From NCBI GenBank assembly GCA_964429995.1, contig CAYSDY010000001.1, forward strand, positions 157,777 to 221,776: a DNA stretch of 64,000 nucleotides, written 5' to 3'. Source of the DNA: an uncultured Methanosarcinales archaeon. Lineage in GTDB: Archaea; Nanobdellota; Nanobdellia; Woesearchaeales; UBA583. The position numbers and the translations under genes were made by a program. The notes beneath the pieces were generated by a model. The model saw only the letters and a list, made by a program, of their open reading frames with translations. It was not told where the DNA came from and searched no databases. Of this stretch, positions 58,761 through 64,000 are shown piece after piece; position 1 is the stretch's first letter; every line of letters starts with the position of its first letter.

Positions 58761-61493
58761 TTACTGATTATATCCAAGCTGACTTATAAGTGTTGTTACA
58801 TAAACCCTTGGATGCCCTTTTTGTAATAGTATATTTTGTATCTCATAAAATGAGAGCCCTTTTTCCTGAAGATCTGATATCAACTTGATTAATTGATTTT
58901 CATAACTTGACATGTTGTATACTAAACTTGATATATCACTCTGTTTTTCAAGTTGACCGAATACCTGTACTTTTAAATCCTTAACTGTTTTGCAAAGTTC
59001 TGTATAATGAGGAAGAATTGTGTTTTTTATATTGTAAAATTCATCTCTTATTGTCTGTATCTCATTTTTCTTAAAATCAAGCTTTGCTTCATGTTTTTTT
59101 AATTCATCAACCTGAGATGTCAAAACCTGATTAACTTCTTTTATAAGGTCTTCTACTTCTTCAACTATTATACTTTTAAGAGAACTAAACTTTCCATCAT
59201 AGTCTAAAAATCTTTTATTAAAATGCTTTTCAAGGTTAATTAATCTTTCTTCAACCTTTTGATGCATACTTTCTGATTGATGTTTAGCTTCTGCTTGAAA
59301 ATGATTTTGAAGATCATCTAAAATGTCTATTTTCTTATCTATTTCTCCTTCTTTAGATATCAATTTATCTTCAAATATTTTCATAAATTCTAACTCTGCA
59401 TCAACTTTTTCTTTTACAACTGATATGTTTTTGTCTATGAATTTTACTTCTATCTCATGAATCCTTCTGTTAAATAAATCTTCAAGATTTTTTACTTTTT
59501 CCTGAAACTTTATTTTAAAAGAATTTTCATTCTGTGAAAACATTTCCTGCTGACTTGTTAATTGATTAAATATTTGTCCTTTTAATCCGTCAGAGTATTG
59601 TGTCAGGTCTGTTTTTTTTGCTTCTAATATGGTATTTAAGTTATCCAAAAACTTATTTTTCTCATTTTCAAAATTATCGTGAGCTGATTTTAAGGTTTTT
59701 AACTCAGAATCTAATTTTTGTATGTATTCTTTTGTTAGTGCTGATACCTGCTGTTTGTATTGATTTAATTCTATTACCAGTGCTTCTTTTTCGTTTAGAA
59801 GTTTTTTTATTGTGTTTTCAAAATCTAATTCTTTTGATTTTATAAATTTTTCAAATGATGATTTTTCAAGCTTGAAATCTTTTTCAAGTTGTTCGTTTAG
59901 CTTTAAGAATTTTCCCTGTATGTTAAGATCTATTTCATTGAATGTATCATTAGATTTTTTTTCAATAGATAGTAAAAAATTTGATATCTTTACAAGCTCT
60001 TGAGACATCCTATCCTTTATTTCCTGTTCAAAACCTGCTTTTATAGATTGAAGTAGAACGTTTATATCCTTTTTGTGCTCTACAAATTTTAATTTGTTTT
60101 CCTCTGTAAGATTGTTAAAATTTTCTATGAGTTCATTGGTTTTTTGTACTATAAACTCTCTTTCAATTTCTTTTTCGTTTATCAAATCTTTTAGCTTTAA
60201 TGTGTATTCATTCTTAAAATCTTGATTATTTTTCTTAATTTCACCTATCTGAGTATTTGATATGTCCAAAATCTGTTTTTCAAGTTTCTTGTTACCTGTA
60301 ACAAGTTCGCTAAATTCTTTTTTTATTTCAGATGAAAAATTTGACTTTAAATCAGAAAACTGTTTTTGTATATTGTTGTAATCTGATTTGTATATACTTT
60401 CAAGTTTTTTGATTTCTAAAATATATTTATGCTCAAGTTCTTTTATATCTTTTGAAATTTCTTGCTGATTCTTGGATAAATATTTTGATAACTCTTCTTC
60501 TGTTTTCTTTTTTATTCTATTTAAGGTTTCGCTATCAATCTTGTCAAGATTCTGCTTGGTTGCAACTAATTCATTTCTTAACTTTAAAAGTTCATCTTCT
60601 GTTTTTTTGGTAAGTGTTTTTAGTGTTTCCTTTTCTAGTTTATCAAGACCCTGTTTGGTTATACTTAATTCATCTTTTAACTTTAAAAGTTCATCTTCTG
60701 CTTTTTTCTTTAAATTTTTTAGTGTTTCTTTTTCTAGCTTGTCAAGACTCTGTTTGGTTGCACTTAATTCATTTTTAAGTTCTAAAAGTTGCTTTGTATC
60801 TGCTTGTTTTGAATCTTTTCTTAATTGTTTAAATTCATCTTCTAAATTGTATATTTTTTGTGTGTAAGAATCAATTTTTTGATAAACTTCACTATTTTTT
60901 ATGTTTTCTTTTTCAAGTAATTTTGAATTGCCCTCTTTTATTAGCTGTCTTATCTCTGATAATTGCTCTGGAGTTAAAATCTCTTTTTTAGATGCTCTTA
61001 TACTTTTTAAGTCTTCACTTAATTTTTGAGTAAAATTTTTTGATTCTACCATCTTTGATTCAAGATAAGACATCTGTTTTGTAAAATCTTTTTTGTTCTG
61101 ACTTAAATGATAATCTGTTTCAGATTTTATTTTATTTGTTTCCTTATTTACGAGTTCTTCTATATCGCTATAAACGTATTTTCTTATACTTGATATATTG
61201 TATTTGTCAAGTAATGGTTCTATTTCTTTTAATACAAGTTCTTTTATTTTTTTTTTCTCATCAATTGATGCTAATGGGTCAGAAATTTTTTCAACTCTTT
61301 GTTTTATACTTAAAATGCTCTCTTGTAATGCATTTTTAGAATCATTTATTCTTCCTATCTGAGTTTTAAGATCTTCAATTAATGTCATACTGCTCTTTAA
61401 TAAAACATCATCCTCTTTTTTCATGCTTTCATTTGTTTTTTCAGCATCTTTTTTAGGAGTTTTATCTGCTTTTGAAACACTTTTTTTATTCAT
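58761..61493 (-). CDS. Giant coiled-coil protein (910 aa) with internal 33-aa tandem repeats and small C-terminal globular domain
   Basis: It has a Lys-rich N-terminus and nearly continuous heptad coiled coil. It carries 3 x (ELSxTKQxLDKLEKETLKxLxKKxEDELLKL). The C-terminal domain is ...YEIQNILLQKGHPRVYVTTLISQLGYNQ. Confidence 0.65.
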   Translation of the reverse strand: MNKKSVSKADKTPKKDAEKTNESMKKEDDVLLKSSMTLIEDLKTQIGRINDSKNALQESILSIKQRVEKISDPLASIDEKKKIKELVLKEIEPLLDKYNISSIRKYVYSDIEELVNKETNKIKSETDYHLSQNKKDFTKQMSYLESKMVESKNFTQKLSEDLKSIRASKKEILTPEQLSEIRQLIKEGNSKLLEKENIKNSEVYQKIDSYTQKIYNLEDEFKQLRKDSKQADTKQLLELKNELSATKQSLDKLEKETLKNLKKKAEDELLKLKDELSITKQGLDKLEKETLKTLTKKTEDELLKLRNELVATKQNLDKIDSETLNRIKKKTEEELSKYLSKNQQEISKDIKELEHKYILEIKKLESIYKSDYNNIQKQFSDLKSNFSSEIKKEFSELVTGNKKLEKQILDISNTQIGEIKKNNQDFKNEYTLKLKDLINEKEIEREFIVQKTNELIENFNNLTEENKLKFVEHKKDINVLLQSIKAGFEQEIKDRMSQELVKISNFLLSIEKKSNDTFNEIDLNIQGKFLKLNEQLEKDFKLEKSSFEKFIKSKELDFENTIKKLLNEKEALVIELNQYKQQVSALTKEYIQKLDSELKTLKSAHDNFENEKNKFLDNLNTILEAKKTDLTQYSDGLKGQIFNQLTSQQEMFSQNENSFKIKFQEKVKNLEDLFNRRIHEIEVKFIDKNISVVKEKVDAELEFMKIFEDKLISKEGEIDKKIDILDDLQNHFQAEAKHQSESMHQKVEERLINLEKHFNKRFLDYDGKFSSLKSIIVEEVEDLIKEVNQVLTSQVDELKKHEAKLDFKKNEIQTIRDEFYNIKNTILPHYTELCKTVKDLKVQVFGQLEKQSDISSLVYNMSSYENQLIKLISDLQEKGLSFYEIQNILLQKGHPRVYVTTLISQLGYNQ
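60538..60834. repeat. 3 x 99-bp in-frame tandem repeat inside the coiled-coil gene
   Basis: The directly visible repeat is cttgtcaaga(c/t)tctg(c/t)ttggtt...aattcat...ttaa(c/g)tt(t/c)taaaagtt. Confidence 0.8.
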
Positions 61494-61798
61494 ACTATTT
61501 TTAGTACCATATTATAATATATGCATTATTAATTATTTTTAAATAGTTAAATGTTTTAAGTATTGAATAATAGTGTTTAAATTTGGTTTTATAATGTTGA
61601 AAAAGGTTGATGGATTCAAAGGAAATGATGTTGAATACAAAATTAAGAAAATAATTATAATTTAAAACTTTAAGAACATCTTTATATTTTTTATTTTTAT
61701 AATGCCAAAATTCTTCTGGACAATCTGTTTTGTCTAAATGAAATATTAATTTTTCTAAATATATGATTATCGAAAATATTTAAATCAAAAAAACGATA

Positions 61799-61881
61799 TG
61801 AGAGGGAAGGGATTCGAACCCTCGAACCTTACGGACTGGAGCCTAAATCCAGCACCTTTGACCGGACTTGGTAACCCTCTC
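61799..61881 (-). tRNA. tRNA-Leu (anticodon UAG), class II with long variable arm
   Basis: A manual fold gives acceptor GAGAGGG/CCCTCTC, anticodon stem CTGGA/TCCAG with loop TTTAGGC (anticodon TAG), a long variable arm and T-arm (G)AGGG-TTCGAAT-CCCT(T). It is 83 nt with discriminator A. Confidence 0.8.
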
Positions 61882-61933
61882 TTGTTAGAATTACCTGATA
61901 AATTTGTTAAGATGTTTCTATTTAAAAGGCTTT

Positions 61934-64000
61934 CTAATTTATATTGAAATCTTCTGAGTCACATTCTTCTGTAAAATGTATGTAAAATGGAATATTTTCC
62001 TCTTTTGTTGTGGTTTTATCACCATCTTTTAAATCTATCTTGTAAAACAATGTTGCAGATTGCTTACCAATCATCTTACTTATATCATCATCAGTTATAT
62101 CCAATGTTATTTTGTCTATTATTTGTTGATTATTTCCATCATAAATCTGTTTGCTTATTGTTTGCTGTTTAAATATTTCTGTTGAATATTGTTTTAATTT
62201 TATATTTAATATAAGATTACTTGAACCTTCTAATTCGGCTGAAGAGTATAATATTGAGCCTATATTAAATGTTTTTTTGTTTTTACTTATACAGATTGCT
62301 GAGGAGTCTTTTGGATATAAAAAGTCAAATGTTTGTTTTTTTACATCTGTTTTGGCACTCACTGTAAAGGTTGTTTTAAATGTATCTTTGGATTTGAGGT
62401 TTTTGCTTGTTTGAATATTTTCGCCAAAAGGATCGTAATTCTCAAAATCTTCTGATAATAATGCTGTTGTTCCTTTTCCTTCTGGTAGAAGTCTTACTAT
62501 AAGTTCACATGTTCCTTCTTGTAAACCAGCAAAGCTTTCAGACCCAGAATCAACTTCATAATCTTGTTTTGAAAATGAAAGTATTTCTTCTTTATCTTCT
62601 TTTTTATATACTATTGATATTGCAAGATTTGTTGGCTTTGATTTTAGCTTTATCTCAAAAGATTTATCTTTTAATTCAGAATCATCCTGTTTGATGATTA
62701 TATCAAAAACATTATCCCCTTCAGATATCTTTCCTACTTCTTTGTATAAAACTGTTTGTTCATTACTTAAACCTTGTATTTGGAACAAATCCCCTAAATC
62801 TGTTTTTGTATCTATTGATATATGTTCTTGTGTCTCTTTATCATTTGAATAAAAACTTATTTTTATGTTGTTAGCTGTTTTTAATTCTTCTATTATTTCT
62901 TGTGTAAATTTTAAACTGTATGTTGAGTATTGTGTGTTTTCTGCTTTTCCAATGTCAGGAATTTCAAATAATTTTACAACTGTGTTTATGTATGAATCAG
63001 ACACGCTTATACTTTTTGATTCTTTTTTTATTGATTTTGAATCCTTAAGTCCCTTACATATTGCCATGTATGCAAGATCTGCTGATGATGAATATTCTTT
63101 TATTGCTGTTCCTGAAACGAACATGCTAATTGTATTTCCCTTGTAAAATACTTTGTTTTTTTGAGGAATAATGTAACTTTTTGTGCTGTCTATAGAATAA
63201 ATTCCATCTGCCTGTTCATCAAATAAAACATCACATTTTATGCCTGCACCTTCACCTAAAACACCTGCTGAAAAATAACAACTTGCAAGCATGAATTCTC
63301 CTTTGTGTGTTATTGGTTCTTCATATACCTTAGTTATTTCTTCTCCTTTGATTGCGTATTTATGTATTATTCTTACAACATTATATCTAAATTTTGCATT
63401 GGTATCATGTATTACAATAAGATCCTGCTTTGAACCATCTTTTGCTATGTACTGTTTGCCTATCTTAAATGAGGATCCTATCTCTTTGTAGTTATATATT
63501 CCTGATGGACAATGTTCTCCACCTTTTGCTGTTGAATCACAGATTAGTTCTATCTCTGAACTTATTCTTTGACCACCAGAAACTCCAGCATATGTTAGCC
63601 TGTACATAATCGATGCTTCTCCTGTTAAAGGGTTGTATCCTTCATAACGTGAAATTGGCATCATAGGACCAAATATAGGTTCTACTTCGTTTTCATTTAT
63701 GCTTGATAAAATATTTTCTGTAAATATACTCCAATCACCACTTATTGCCCCAAGACATGCCTTGTTTACAATTTGCTGTGTTCCTAGCCCTGATTGTGAA
63801 TAAAATGTTCCTTTATATCTCTCGTTTAGTATTCTATCACCATCTGATGCACCTTTTAATGCATCCATAAAGCCAACTTCATGTGGATCGTTGTCATCTG
63901 TTCCTGTCCTATCGTTTGTTTTTTGACCTAGTGTTTTAAACATTATGTTTGTTGCAATATCACATACGGCAACTCCTATAAGCCTTTCACAATATGATCC
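61934..64000 (-). CDS. Large hypothetical protein, 5'-truncated by the window edge (>689 aa)
   Basis: The ORF remains open upstream of the Met at 63943 through to position 64000. No family is recognised. Confidence 0.5.
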   Translation of the reverse strand, partial: GSYCERLIGVAVCDIATNIMFKTLGQKTNDRTGTDDNDPHEVGFMDALKGASDGDRILNERYKGTFYSQSGLGTQQIVNKACLGAISGDWSIFTENILSSINENEVEPIFGPMMPISRYEGYNPLTGEASIMYRLTYAGVSGGQRISSEIELICDSTAKGGEHCPSGIYNYKEIGSSFKIGKQYIAKDGSKQDLIVIHDTNAKFRYNVVRIIHKYAIKGEEITKVYEEPITHKGEFMLASCYFSAGVLGEGAGIKCDVLFDEQADGIYSIDSTKSYIIPQKNKVFYKGNTISMFVSGTAIKEYSSSADLAYMAICKGLKDSKSIKKESKSISVSDSYINTVVKLFEIPDIGKAENTQYSTYSLKFTQEIIEELKTANNIKISFYSNDKETQEHISIDTKTDLGDLFQIQGLSNEQTVLYKEVGKISEGDNVFDIIIKQDDSELKDKSFEIKLKSKPTNLAISIVYKKEDKEEILSFSKQDYEVDSGSESFAGLQEGTCELIVRLLPEGKGTTALLSEDFENYDPFGENIQTSKNLKSKDTFKTTFTVSAKTDVKKQTFDFLYPKDSSAICISKNKKTFNIGSILYSSAELEGSSNLILNIKLKQYSTEIFKQQTISKQIYDGNNQQIIDKITLDITDDDISKMIGKQSATLFYKIDLKDGDKTTTKEENIPFYIHFTEECDSEDFNIN

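Noticed and set aside
60538-60834. Tandem 99-bp direct repeats that could be mistaken for a CRISPR-like or satellite array
   Set aside because: The repeats are in frame within a long ORF and encode 33-aa coiled-coil units. No unique spacers are present. No CRISPR array or cas gene is visible in the window.
1-64000. Search for rRNA, SRP RNA, RNase P RNA or additional tRNAs via locally GC-rich patches
   Set aside because: The only GC-rich islands are the three tRNAs (1476-1548, 13797-13869, 61799-61881). No rRNA-like conserved stretches (e.g. GTGCCAGCAGCCGCGGTAA-type motifs) were seen.

Overview
This is a gene-dense, AT-rich archaeal segment of roughly 60 protein-coding genes plus 3 tRNAs; GC was not computed but looks about 27-30%. 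Genes are tightly packed on both strands, and there are no rRNA genes and no CRISPR arrays. Archaeal hallmarks are RadA, the proteasome-activating nucleotidase PAN, an archaeal TyrRS, an archaeal UMP kinase, RNase P Pop5, L11/S27ae, SecD/SecF, archaeal class-III-signal pilins with a Tad/FlaI-like ATPase, and a lipobox lipoprotein. They are mixed with bacterial-type genes: a gyrB (no adjacent gyrA), a 602-aa bacterial-type AspRS with a GatC-like gene, a type-I GAPDH, an endonuclease-type MutL, RluA, TrxB and an Lrp/AsnC regulator. That mix, the low GC and the tiny intergenic spacers fit a small-genome DPANN-like archaeon (inference). Housekeeping content includes thrS, topA-like topo IA, gyrB, radA, PAN, gap, tmk, tyrS, pyrH, aspS, nth, trxB, mutL, a peroxiredoxin, a NOG1 GTPase, TatD and a radical-SAM/SPASM enzyme. 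Accessory and surface content includes a 6-7 gene archaeal type IV pilus locus (two pilins, two T2SS-F-domain membrane proteins, an ATPase and two uncharacterised upstream genes). There is also a second, orphan 761-aa secretion ATPase. A processive GT2 polysaccharide synthase sits next to a membrane-anchored CxxC protein. A 1016-aa surface protein carries squalene-cyclase/prenyltransferase-like repeats. A 910-aa coiled-coil protein contains 3x99-bp in-frame tandem repeats. The most unusual directly visible signal is a ~200-250 bp intergenic element present in two near-identical copies (1621-1820 and 6874-7127). Each copy starts with a TATTGAGAATTT(T)AAAAAA motif that recurs at least 4-5 times in the window. 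Each contains a 77-nt extended hairpin flanked by A- and T-runs, and each ends exactly on the stop codon (TAA-TAG) of two unrelated minus-strand genes. Copy B additionally carries a 45-nt near-perfect palindrome. This element is not explained by any annotated feature class I can name. It could be a 3'-UTR-embedded sRNA or terminator family, or a small non-autonomous repeat.
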